Assembly (NCBI RefSeq): GCF_006345805.1
Contig: NC_043012.1
Span: 20,398,001 to 20,462,000, forward strand
Origin: Octopus sinensis
Taxonomy: Eukaryota
Direction of reading: 5' to 3'
DNA: 64,000 nt
The notes beneath the pieces were generated by a model. The model worked only from the letters and a program-made list of their open reading frames with translations. It ran no database searches and was not told the origin of the DNA. The translations under genes and the position numbers were made by a program. Shown here one piece after another: positions 27,451-40,947 of the stretch; position 1 is the first letter of the stretch, and each line of letters starts with the position of its first letter.

Positions 27451-27644
27451 AACATATACATTGGTGCACGTACCTCCATATCGTTATAGACAAATATAAA
27501 CACATATATCTAAGTATATATACCTACATGCATATATATATATATATATATATGTATGTATATGCATGTATGTATATGTAGTTAGATATAAGTGTCTGTA
27601 TTTGTCTATATTGATATGGAGGTACGTGCACCAATGTATATGTT
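27451..27644. repeat. inverted repeat centred on (TA)n
   Basis: 27451-27482 is the exact reverse complement of 27613-27644. Imperfect pairing continues inward to the TA centre. Confidence 0.9.
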
Positions 27645-28017
27645 CATGTTTCCTTGCTGTAAAAAGATTACAGGCTTAGGTCACATCAATTATTCCGTCA
27701 AGGAACGCCATAATCAACATGTCATTAGGTCAAGAATTATTTCTGTAGGTATTACGTTTGATTCCATTCTGATACAATAGCTACGCATAAACATCTGCAG
27801 ATGAAAGTAACAAAACTTCAACTAACATCATGGTAGTTAGAGGTTGTGACTCTGAGAAACACATGTCTCTGGCTACCGCAAACTTGATCTGGTTGAATAG
27901 AAATAGCTCACACACAAAGTTGATGACAAAGTATATGCATGCACTTAAATACGTGTATATATATGTATGTATGCATGTATGTATGTATGTATGTATGTAT
28001 GTATGCGTGTATGCATG

Positions 28018-28048
<31 letters not shown>

Positions 28049-28944
28049 CAAATATGTTTCGTTTTACTTAAGTAGCTGGTGTTATTGCAATACTTCGTGG
28101 CGTCACAGTTCTTCTGAAACCAATCTTTAGTATAATAAAGCTGTTGACCTATTAAAGAAAATGTGTGCATCACGAAAGTTCAAGAAATGGACACAATATT
28201 ATGGCTTTATAGCATTTGATACATATGCATACTGCTCTTCTATAGTTTCATTTGTGGTATTGGATTATTTTCAATAAATACAAATTCTCTACATTATAAT
28301 AACACTGGAAATAGGAGATCTGGCACCTCGTGCTAGTTCCAATAACTCAAGCGTGTCAAGTTTATTGATTTGTATTTAACCGATATTTGAAATTGATATT
28401 CTGGGGATTTAACGTCTGTTAACCGAATTTGTCACTTTTTTTATGTTTTGAAAGTTAATTCTATTAGAATTTATGTTTGACAGACATAAATTTTCCTAGA
28501 CGACAGGCGTATAATGTTTTTGAAAACATATCATCAATATTTTAAGCAAACTATTGGCGATGTATCATCGAGAGGTGTTGTATTGAAGGATAAACAACAT
28601 CAATAGAGAAAGCATTTTTTCATGGTTTCAGTTGTTAAAATTAAGACCAGTGTATTTAGAGAACTTATCATTACGGAAGATGAATAGCATTTTCCTTTTG
28701 ATATCATATTCTATCTCAAGTATTAACTTTCTGTAATGCAAACCTACAAACACTAACATTATTGTCTGTAGATAAAGAATAGGGTAACTTGTGATCTATC
28801 ATCACGTAGTAAGCAAAATGTCCAAAGCCTGACAGAGTATGAGCAGACTGTGTAGTCAATGAATTATTTCCACATTCAAACAGTATACTGCTCAAAATTA
28901 TTTCCTCGGCCTATAACTGCGACGATGTTTAGACAAGGAGTGAT

Positions 28945-29125
28945 TGGTTTCCAATTTTGATACAAAGCTAGTAATTTCGAGTGAGAGAGATTGTGGATTA
29001 CAGCGATCCCACTACTGACCACGTAAGGATGAAAGGTACAGTTGATCTCGACGGAATAGAACTCAGAAAGTATAGGCGGCCGAAATACTCCGAACTGTTA
29101 ACGATTCTGCCAGATTACTGCCTTA
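28945..29125 (-). mobile_element. SINE family A, old and degenerate
   Basis: AAGGATGAAAGGTACAGTTGATCTCGACGGAATAGAACTCAGAA and AACGATTCTGCCAG match family A. Confidence 0.65.
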
Positions 29126-29746
29126 TGTACGCCCGAGATATTAATATGAATATAGATATAAACATTCGCAAATACATGGCCATACGTGAGTATGTTTAAA
29201 ACAAAAAGGGAAAGAAAGAGGGGAAGAAACGAAAATCGTTCAACCAGTTTGGCTTCAGCATGTCAGCATAAGCATATACACACAAAATCAAAGTTGCATT
29301 ACAATGTATACTAGCAACTGTTAACTGGACATGTTATAGTTTGTTTGGGAGTTTAATTGTAACGTACCTGGACTCAAGTTACTCCATGCTGGACTTGAAA
29401 CTAGATGGATCTAATCTTATCTTTTCTATTCTGGATGGGTGCAGCTCCACCGGTTCTCCAATTTCTTTTTTTTTTAATCTGATTTGACTCTCTATCGCTC
29501 TTGCTTTCTGTTTATAACGATATTTCTTTTTACTCTCTTTTATTCCTTCCCTTCATTTCTTTTAATCCTCCCCCCCGCCCCGTGTTATTTCGTTTTCCAC
29601 GCGAAACTTGAGCAATATCGGTAGCGATGAGGATTTCGGAATACCGAGGGTTGAAAACAGTGTAGTGTTTAATATATGGATAGAAGAAATTAGCCAAGCC
29701 GTTTATTTAAAGTGTTTAGTATTATCCTTTGGAGATGATATTATAG

Positions 29747-29780
<34 letters not shown>

Positions 29781-30891
29781 CTTTGCCGTTGTCGCTGCCC
29801 TCTGCAGACACGGTAACACTGTTGATGTGTTGTTTTTATCGCTAGCAAGGCTACATTATATAGCTGCAGAGAAAAAGGGTTGGCATTGGCAGATTCTAGT
29901 TAACGTTGTCGTTGTTGTTACTTGGTGTGTTATTCGTGGGTTTTGTCGTAATTGGTGTTGTTTTTATGTTTGTCTGAGATCCCTTCTGAAGCTTACTGCT
30001 GCCACTAAGAGCCCAGAGGTAAGTGGCTGTTTGCGGAATTAACAAAGTTAAGGTATAAGCTGGGGGGAAGGAAAAAAGACAGGTTCGCTGATATACAGCT
30101 AGATATCATTTGTCTATGAATAAATTCAATAGACGGAACCAGCGAACGAGTTCTTGCACCGATATGGTCAGAAAAGAAGAAGATGTTGTATTAGAGAAGT
30201 ACAAGTTACTAACTCTATGATTAATGAGAGTGTAGTTTTTGTGAAGCGATTTACTTCGTTGTGTCTGAATTGCAGTTGACTTTATTTTTTTCTAGTAATA
30301 AATGAAGTTTTAATGAGCTTACAGTTTTCGTAGTGGAGCAGTTTGTTTAGTATGTCAATTGCTTATCTTCTAAGTTTTTTGTCAGTCGTGGAAAATGTTC
30401 TGAGTTTTGAATTTTGGAGGCGCCTCGGTTTGTCAGAAAATTGTAGATTTTCAATTTGCTTTACTAGATTTTTGTATGAAAGGAATGTTTGCGTGTTCGG
30501 ACATACACCATACGTTAAGAAATTATGTCCTTGAAAGGAGCCGCTTATTTTGAAATTGCTTAAGTCAGAAATCTGCCAGTGTTTAAAAGTCTTTTTGTGG
30601 TAGAAGAAATGAGTACATATTAGAAAAATCAGAAAAAAACACTGAAATATTCATACAAAATTGAAAATATTCAGATTTTAGATTGGGTTGTAATTGTATT
30701 TCTGTGTCATCGGCTGTCGACTGGGCACACACCCACCCCCTAGCACCTAACTATTACAACGGCCATTAATATTTTGGGTTTCCATAGTTGAATTCAAATT
30801 TTCATAAATGGTAATTTAAAATTCTCCAGCATTAACGCCTCCGAGACGATGTTTATAACCATTTAAAGGTATATTATATATATATATATAC

Positions 30892-30941
<50 letters not shown>

Positions 30942-32110
30942 ATATATATATATGTGTGTATGTATATATATACATACACACACACATGCACATTATTTTT
31001 ATGCGCGTAAAATATATATGACGCATATCCTCAGCTAGATTTGAAATATTACAGTTTTTCCTAACCTCCCATCCCCGTCATCAGCCATTGTAAGAAAGTA
31101 CATCTAGATATTTTTTCCCTCGCGTAGCTGAAATAGGAAAGAAACGGATTACTGGAACAATAGTTTCCGATTGCATTAGGAGGGCAATTAACGGCAAAAC
31201 TAGTAGCTAGTAGTCCCTTAACTATTCATTCATTGTCAAAGGACTTTCAGCATTATTCAAAGTTACAAAGAAACGCGTGTGTGCGTGTGTGTCTGTGTCT
31301 CTGTATGTCTTTGTGGGCGGTGAAACACAAATATGTACTTCTGAGCAAATTAATTTTTTTTTATATTTAGAATAAAATATATAATTCGAAAGCTTTGTTG
31401 TGAAGTATTTGTTATCTGTGCATTTTATGCGTTTGTAATCAACAATTTTGCTGAATCATCTATTGCTATTATTTTGAAGAAGAATACCAATTTTATAACA
31501 GTGTTTCAGTCATATTGGATAAAATTCAATAACAATTTTTATTTGAATTTCATAGCAGCCCGCATTCTTCTCATCAATACTATTGTTCCTTTTCCAAATA
31601 TTTATATTTTATTGTGTTATTTTCGATAGAAATCACCAACAATATGTCATTATAATATACTTCGGTACACTTCCGGTATCTTTGATTTGTTCCGACGCGA
31701 GGAAAATATAAGCGATTTTGGTATCCAAATATTTCTTTTAAGGAGACAAAAAGCGTTAATATTGAAAAAGATAATGTCAGTGTAACAATGATTTGCTATC
31801 TGAGATATATGAGATGTAAAGAAAGAAAATTGAATTATAGACATAAAATCATTAATGATAGATGGAGGATGTGATACAGTCTGTCAATGTAACAATAGCA
31901 TAACTATATATTAGGGTATATTAATACATACACTCACACGTATCTCCACAAATATATATGAATTAGTATATTGAAATATATATGCATGTGTCTGTGTAAT
32001 ATTGCATACAAAAGTGATACTACTTAATATATAGTTAATATCAGCGAGCAATATGTCCATATATAATGTGTATAATTGTTTTTTATCGTATGTATATATA
32101 TATATATATA

Positions 32111-32427
32111 TATATAGTGGTCGTATACTGTCAACATATATAATATATATATATATATTACTTATATTAAGGGCATTACTATACATAAATGCCTCAAACT
32201 AGGAGGGACTCTTAAAGTAAAAAACAACCATAATATGTTTATTATGGTAGATTTTGATTTTAAGAGTCCCTCCTAGCATGAGGCATTTATGTAAAGTAAT
32301 GCCCTTAATATAAATAAATATATTTAAAGGGAATAATTAATAATTTTTTTCTTTATGAAATGTTTCACACTAACTACTTGATAATTTCTTATAAAGATTT
32401 TATCCTATTTTTAAACATATATATATA

Positions 32428-32518
<91 letters not shown>

Positions 32519-32554
32519 TATATATATAGATATATATAATATATATATAATATA

Positions 32555-32602
<48 letters not shown>

Positions 32603-33186
32603 TATATATATGTATATATGTTTAAAAATAGGATAAAATCTTTATAAGAATTTATCAAGTAGTTAGTGTGAAACATTTCATAAAGAAAAAATTATTAATT
32701 ATTCCCTTTAAATATATTTATTTATATTAAGGGCATTACTTTACATAAATGCTTCATGCTAGGAGGGACTCGTAAAATCAAAATCTACCATAATAAACAT
32801 ATGGTTGTATTTTACTTTAAGAGTCCCTCTTAGTTTGAGGGATTTATGTATAGTAATGCCCTTAATATAAGTAATATATATACATATATATGTTGACAGT
32901 ATACGAACGCTATATATATATATGTCGTTATTCTACAGTTTATATAAGTTATGGTTATTATTTGGGTAGGGGTTTACTTAATCTTTGACAGTTTATTGTT
33001 ATTTTAATGTTAATATTTTTAATATAGGTAATTTTTGGGATGGTGTAATTTAATTGTTCATTTTGAATTAATAAAATGTGTTTTTTTTTCTAATTTTCTA
33101 TATATATATTATATTGTGTGAAATTTGATTTAATTTCATTGATTTTTTTCCGTGTAAGTTTTGGATTTTATTCCCTCAAATATTAA

Positions 33187-33190
<4 letters not shown>
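32111..33190 (+). mobile_element. nested inverted-repeat element in (TA)n with the conserved 3' tail
   Basis: Arms ~32111-32420 and ~32616-32916 are reverse complements around a TA tract. Each arm contains its own ~150-bp hairpin (32162-32313, 32722-32870). Tail TTTGATTTAAT...GTAAGTTTTGGATTTTATTCCCTCAAATATT is related to 6240-6310. Confidence 0.7.
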
Positions 33191-33267
<77 letters not shown>

Positions 33268-33336
33268 ATATATATCAAACATACCTGGCCATTCATAAAA
33301 TTTTTTCCCGAAAAAATGTTATCCTACATTAGTTAA

Positions 33337-33413
<77 letters not shown>

Positions 33414-33601
33414 TCAATGAGACACGAAAGTTTTAAACATACTATTAAGCAATATTTAGCGCTACATCAATATAGTAGTTCGACATTACTAGTTTTAGTC
33501 CCAGGCAGATCCCACACAAGTTAGTTACCGGTGCAGTCTGCAGTCTGTATATATTGCGAGCAGGGGACCGAACCCCTACCTTCCTCTAGCAGACGACGAA
33601 A

Positions 33602-33650
33602 TCGCAAGACCGAATGTTTTCGGGCGAATTGTGCCCATCTTCAGTTGTGA
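33602..33650 (-). ncRNA. variant type I hammerhead ribozyme
   Basis: Minus strand: TCACAA-CTGAAGA-T-GGGC acaattc GCCC-GAAA-AC attcg GT-C-TTGCGA. Helix I pairs at 5 of 6 positions, with a GUC site and extra U and A next to the core. Confidence 0.55.
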
Positions 33651-33788
33651 ACACTCGGTCGCTACGAAAATAACTACCTTGCTTGTTGCAATACACCCAA
33701 ACACACACACACAACCACACACGCACACATACACACACACACACACACGTATATATATATATATATATATATGTATTCATTACTATTC

Positions 33789-34132
33789 CTTACTTGTTTC
33801 ACTCATCTTGACTGCTGCCATGCGGGAGCACCACCTTAGAGGGTTCTTAGTCGAAGTAATCGATCACAGAACTTATTCTTTGTAAGCTTAGTATTTATTC
33901 TATCGGTCTTTCTGCCGAACCACTAATTTACAGGAATGTAAACACACCAACATCGATTATCAAGCGATGGTGGTGAGGAAAACACAGACAGAAAGGCACA
34001 CAGGCATATATATATATATGATCAGCCTTTTTCAGTATCTCTCTATCAAATACACTCTCACGGATTTAGTCGACCCGAGGTTATAGATGTAAAGCAGACT
34101 CCCAATTTGATACGCAAGTGGTTGCGAAGCAA
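33789..34132 (-). mobile_element. SINE family B, diverged
   Basis: GACTGCTGCCATGCGGGAGCACCACC and TATTCTATCGGTCTT match the reverse complement of family B. Confidence 0.8.
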
Positions 34133-35425
34133 CTGTTGTGCATAATGTATTTATATATATATATATGTGTGTGTGTGTGTGAGAATATGTGTGTGTGTAC
34201 GCATGTATGTATATATGCATACATAAATAAGGACAAACACATGCACACACACATATATACACACACATACTTGCTAATATGCATATACGTACATACATAT
34301 ATGTCTTCTGTGCCGTACAACCTCCCTCAGATATAACCTGATGAACAACAACAGCAAAGATAGATACATTAAGTCGATAACTTAAAAAGCGAAAAGATTA
34401 CCACCCTAAATGTCTCATATGCGCTACTTTGGAAGGAGTTTTTTCCTGACGATTTCCCATAGTTCCCAAAAGAGCTGGACAAAGATAAACCCGCAAAATA
34501 CCTCAGAATATAAAATAAAGATGACGCTTGGTTAAGTTTCCTGAAAACGTGAAAACGTTAGTAATATCATCATTAAGAGCGGCTTCTCTCGGACATGTCA
34601 CTGCAAAATTCGAATATTTTTCATTTGCAATACAAGAACAGGATATACTTAGCCCTAGGACACCCAGGATGCAATTACGTATTCAGCATACACGTATTCA
34701 GCTATTGCCCGAAAATGTTATGAACACGATGAATCTTTATGTAGCATAACGTTGTCGCTAAAATGATTTAGAAAGCCATTCGGAAAAAAATTACAGTCTG
34801 TCCTAGAATAAATTTAGAGTATCTCTTTATGAAGTGTATACATAAATATCAGCAGCAGGTATATTTTTAGGCACATGCCCATCAAAAACCTACTAAGTGC
34901 AAATAGTCATATGCTGTTGTGAGAGACAGATAGAAATGCATATGCAGCGTCATAGAGGTCGGCTTTCCTAATGATGCAAATATTTCTTCGAGACCCAAAG
35001 AGAAAGACGATGAGGACATACATAAAACCTTTTCTAGAATTTTTTTGTAAATTATAGAATGTAAAAAAAAAATGTTATGAGGGGTTTATATGGCGTGCGT
35101 AACGCAGAATTCTGCCAATATTTCATTTGTTCAGAGTTGACAACACATGCAATCGCGCTCAAAAAGACAGCTTCCGAATCTTTTTGGGAAAATGCGTTTG
35201 GGAAAAGTGAATTAGCACCTGAGATTCTGCGTGGCAGAGTACATCAATACACCATATTTTAAAATTTTCACAAAACTTAATTTCTACAGGTGAGGCCAAA
35301 CAGAAAAGATCCGTTTCTTAAAATGTAAATAAATAAATATTCAAGTCCTTATCTTGTAGAAGTTTTATTATCAGTAAGACTGGTGGTTGTTGATTTGATA
35401 GTATACCGCATTCCGTAGTATTAAT

Positions 35426-35800
35426 GGCTCAGTGGTTAGGGCAGCGGACTCGCGGTCATAGGATTGCGGTTTCGATTCCCAGACCGGGCGTTGTGAGTGT
35501 TTTTTGAGCGAAAACACCTAAAAGCTCCACGAGGCTCCGGCAGGGAATGTAGGTGATCCCTGCTGTACTCTTTCACCACAACTTTCTCTCACTCCTACTT
35601 CCTGTTTCTGTTGTACCTGTATTTCAAAGGGCCGGTCTTGTCACTCTCTGTGTCAGGCTGAATATCCCCGAGAACTACGTTAAGGGTACACGTGTCTGTG
35701 GAGTGCTCAGCCACTTACACGTTAATTTCACGAGCAGGCTGTTCCGTTGATTCGGATCAACCGGAACCCTCATCGTCGTAACCGACGGAGTGCTTCCTCC
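35426..35800 (+). mobile_element. tRNA-derived SINE, family C, with 38-bp TSD
   Basis: A-box-like GGCTCAGTGG and B-box-like GTTTCGATTCCC. Flanking direct repeats 35388-35425 and 35801-35838 differ at one base. Confidence 0.92.
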
Positions 35801-36825
35801 TGTTGATTTGATAGTATACCGCATTCCATAGTATTAATCGGAATGCTTCTATTGATATGGGCAATATCATTACTAGCGGTAGTTGTAGTTAAGTTGATAG
35901 TAATTCTGAGTAAAGTAGAAGCCTCAGCAGGCACTGATGACGCGACACCATTAGTAAGGCTCGTAGCAACGGCGGAACAATCAACAGCGATAATAGTTAT
36001 GTTAGTAATAACAGTAATGTCTGTAGAAACAGCGTTGACAGCTATGGCAACGACAGAGGTGGTAGATTGCTTATATCAGGCTTTGGTATCAACCAAACTG
36101 ATCCTTAAACTTGGTTTAGCATTTTCGAAAGAGAATGTTTTCTTTCATTGGCAAATTGACGTCTCATTTCTTGGCAAGTTTAGTTGTGGATAAATTAATT
36201 TCCTTGCTAGCATATTTCAGGTTTTTTTCGGTAGGACCACGTGTTTTGACCACGTGTTGTGAATGTGAAGTGGTCCTGTTTCTGTTGAAAGTCTTGAGAG
36301 ATCAGCGGTTCCTCTTTCTTTAAAGTGTGGCATCTCCAGGAGAAAATCAGTAGTGGATTTGTGGGAGATCAGCTGATTATAGAAAATGTATTTCCGTGAT
36401 TTCAGGGGCCCTACGGATTTGCTTGGAATGGGACATTTGGTTCATTGTACTACTGAGCCTATCTTTCATCGGGTTTGTTTACTTTTATATGTATAATAAT
36501 GATTTGTCATTGACGGGAAGGTGCCGATTTGATGTGTTCGAGGGAATCACTGAATCGCATTTCCAGTAGAATTCCGTTCTGACTTTTATTTATCACCTTA
36601 TCCGATACAAAAGCTACAAATAATCTTTTCACAAAAGAAAACGGGGAGGCATCGCTTGTAGCTATTGTAACTCAGAGGGTTCTCATTCAGTAACTGCGTT
36701 TCCACTGAAGTACTTAAAATAGAATGCGACCTACTGTAAAAAATACATCACATATACCACGTTTTCTCGGATAAGGATCGTGCGATAAGCAATGAGACTT
36801 TCATTGAAGTGTGTTAACTTTTGTG

Positions 36826-37333
36826 GTTGCGGCATCGATGACCCGGTGGGCTCGGCCGACGCAAGCCCTATGGCGGCACGGCGTCGCGTCCGGGCCTGTC
36901 GGTTGGCGAACGCAACGCTTCTTAGAAAGACATGCGGCAAAAAGCCGCATGAGGCGGAGCGATAACAGATCTGTGATTCCCTTAAATCTCCGGAGCCGCA
37001 AGCGCGCTACACTGGAGGTATCAGCGGGCGAGTCTTCCCCGGCCCGAGAGGCTCGGGAAACCTCCAAACCACCTCCCGTGTTAGGGATCGGGGCCTGGAA
37101 CTAACCACGTGAACGTGTAGTTCCCGGTAGGCGCGAGTCATCAGCCCGCATTGACCATGTTCCTGTCCTTTGTACACACCGCCAGTCGCTACTACCGATC
37201 CATGGGTCCTGTGAGGTCCTCGGACCTGGCCAACGAGTTCGCTTACGCGCGGCGGCATTTCGCGTCGCCGTCGGCGGGTTCTCTGATGGCCCAGAGAAGA
37301 CGACCGAACCCGGTCGCTTAGAGGAAGTAAAAG
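36826..37333 (+). rRNA. isolated 3' fragment of 18S rRNA (pseudogene)
   Basis: CTTCTTAGA..., ATAACAGATCTGTGATTCCCTTA, GCGCGCTACACT, TTTGTACACACCGCCAGTCGCTACTACCGAT and TTAGAGGAAGTAAAAG occur in canonical order. Normally invariant sites are substituted, the fragment stops before TCGTAACAAGG, and there is no ITS. The 5' boundary is approximate. Confidence 0.92.
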
Positions 37334-37337
37334 ATTA

Positions 37338-37347
37338 AGTAGTAGTG

Positions 37348-37403
<56 letters not shown>
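37338..37403. repeat. (TAG)n microsatellite
   Basis: Seen directly. Confidence 0.95.
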
Positions 37404-37405
<2 letters not shown>

Positions 37406-37406
37406 G

Positions 37407-37550
37407 GGAGATGAGGAGGTGGAGGGAGATGAGGAGGTGGAGGGAGATGAGGAGGTGGAGGGAGATGAGGAGGTGGAGGGAGATGAGGAGGTGGAGGGAG
37501 ATGAGGAGGTGGATGGAGATGAGGAGGTGGAGGGAGATGAGGAGGTGGAG
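37407..37550. repeat. 18-bp minisatellite (GGAGATGAGGAGGTGGAG) x8
   Basis: Eight tandem units with one variant base. Confidence 0.95.
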
Positions 37551-38876
37551 AAAAGAGGGACGAGGCAGGGGAGACAGGGAGGGGAGGTAGGGAGGATGGG
37601 GAGGAGGTGAAGGAGATGAGGGGAGGGGAGAGGAAGCGGAATGAACAGCGTTCAATTACTTGCTGTAATGTCCCGTTTAGTCTCAATGCGAGTACATTAA
37701 TTTCGTTAATTTATTAGATAAATGTCGTTTGGAAAACTATAGATATTATCAGATTTTGAAGAGGAATAATATTAAGTTTTAGTTGAAAACACACTTATGA
37801 AAACAGAACTGAAATTAAAAATCTTAAACAGATATCTACGTGTCTTTCTCTCGTTCCTCTTCTTATTTATGTTAACGTTGTAAAGTGTCCATTACATCAA
37901 AGATATCTTTAGAAAACTGTCGTTCTGTGACATGATGGAAAGCACTTCTATAGATTCGGAGAATTTTAACCTGCTTACTGAAAATATCCTGATGCTAATA
38001 TTTAGTCCACATAGGAATATTCTTATGTATTCAAATATATTTTACGCAACAGAGTAACATAAAACTATAACAATATTTAAAATAGAATAGGCCAAACATT
38101 CTATTCAGGGTAACAACAGTCGCGAGACTAGTTTAGCTAACAAAATTAGCGCATATTTTTATAGCGATTGCTTTCAAGACACATCATTTTGCTGTGGTAT
38201 TCCTGTCAACGGATTTATGTCTTGTCACCTTCAAACTTTCAACGAAATTCGCTTGTCAAACAAATCTAAAAGAAGGAATCGAAAATAAATGTTGTCATTT
38301 GGTCCGTGTGTTGTGTGTTTGTGTATGTATGCATGTTCGTATGTATGTATGTCTGCATGTATGCATGTGTGTCTATAGGTGTTTGTGTGTGTCTGTATGT
38401 GCCTGATGATATGAATATATTTCAAAATTTATGGCAATGCATGTCTTATAGCAATATATGTCTTACAGAGAAGCTCCATATCGTATAACAACACGCTTCT
38501 ATCTTATATAAAATGTCTGAACTTGCATCAACGTAACAAAGGGCAAATTTTCTACATATTGATGGTTAATGAAAATGATTTAAGAAATCACCCACGTGAC
38601 CAATCATTGTCGTTCTCCACTTTCCAGTATTTCATAGAACATTGTATTTTCCATTATTTTAGTTTCACAATGTAGTATGTGAACAGCACCAAATATTTAT
38701 GTCCCTTAGCAATGTAAATATCGCTGTTGTATCATTTTCGTTTGGTTCGGTTATAGTTTTCGTTTTTCACGTTTTACGTTCGTAGGAGTTAATACTCCAT
38801 GGCGATTGTGGCATGTAAGATTTCTAAGATGAATGTTTTCAATCGTGATATACATAGTGCTCTTTCTCTCTCTCTC

Positions 38877-39680
<804 letters not shown>

Positions 39681-39694
<14 letters not shown>

Positions 39695-39818
39695 ATTATA
39701 TTACGTTATATTATATTATATTATATTATATTATATTATATTATATTATATTATATTATATTATATTATATTATATTATATTATATTATATTATATTATA
39801 TTATATTATATTATATTA
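39681..39818. repeat. (TTATA)n pentanucleotide repeat
   Basis: Seen directly. Confidence 0.95.
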
Positions 39819-40904
39819 TGTATATATGATTTGATTATATTCATTTCATAACATTTGATCCTTAAGACTAAGGCCGATTCGCAGACTTCTTCAAATAATA
39901 ATTTCAGTTTATAATCAATTATGTTTATACGTATATGCTATGATGCCTGCTACGTGTTATACAATAGTTTTACATATGATAGAATGTCTGAAGATGGTTA
40001 ACCAATGTAAGGAATTACAAATTTAGATGTTGTGGACTCTGTGAATTTCAGGCGTTCCATAGAAATAAAATAAAATAAAATAAAATAATATTAATTAACG
40101 TAATGAATTGTTCGTAATACGCCAGCACCTTAAATGTAAATCATTCCTATATGCTAATTATACATAACCTTACGCATAATTATTATACATACACAAATAA
40201 GCTTTATTAATTATACGAATGCAATTGAATAATTCTCTTGTTAACTATAATTTCTTCTCGGTTTAGCGATAGATAACTTATTAGGCCATATCCTGAATTA
40301 TTCTATTTGTACAAATACATAATATTTATAGCTCAAGTAAAAATCATTCGAATATGCTAACTACACCTAACCTTATTCTTGATTATTAAACCTATACTAA
40401 TAAATTCCCTAATCTAGATCAAAGCAAATGATTTATTCCCTACCGAATTTAACCATAATTTGATCTCACCATTCTAACAGAGAATTATTCATTTATCCTG
40501 ATATTTATAAATATGTGTTTAACCTATTGATGTATAACCTTCCATTCTATTAAATCTATGTTTAAAGACTGAACTATATTGCATGTATTATTGAAGTTAC
40601 CTTCTAATGACCGCGTGGTTCTGCACTTTTAGACTCGAAATGTCTCTGCCTTCTTGCGTTGTCTCTATCTTGGAGATGATTTATTTTTGAGAATTATACA
40701 TGATTCATGAAATACAATCTTTAAATTCACTTGGCCAATTCAGTCTAATGGAATTCTTTAGCTTTTGACCGGCTACATCTTTGTACCTATATGCTTCTAT
40801 ACCATTCCGTAAAGTTACTTGGTATATTAAGATATGTGTATGTACATTCATATATCTGTGCGTATGGGTAAGTCTATACGTTTACATGTGTGCATGTATA
40901 TATA

Positions 40905-40947
<43 letters not shown>

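Noticed and set aside
35426-35500. tRNA gene
   Set aside because: No complete cloverleaf or acceptor stem; it is the head of a repeated SINE with TSDs.
35843-36193. 116-aa ORF with a signal-peptide-like start
   Set aside because: It looks like a decayed GTA/GCA/ACA trinucleotide tract, with no recognisable domain.
36731-37258. GC-rich ORFs on both strands
   Set aside because: They overlap the 18S rRNA fragment.
37407-37550. CRISPR-like array or repeat protein
   Set aside because: There are no spacers and the context is eukaryotic; it is a simple minisatellite.
39988-40010. CTGAAGA followed by hairpin TGGT/ACCA
   Set aside because: No GAAA or helix III follows.
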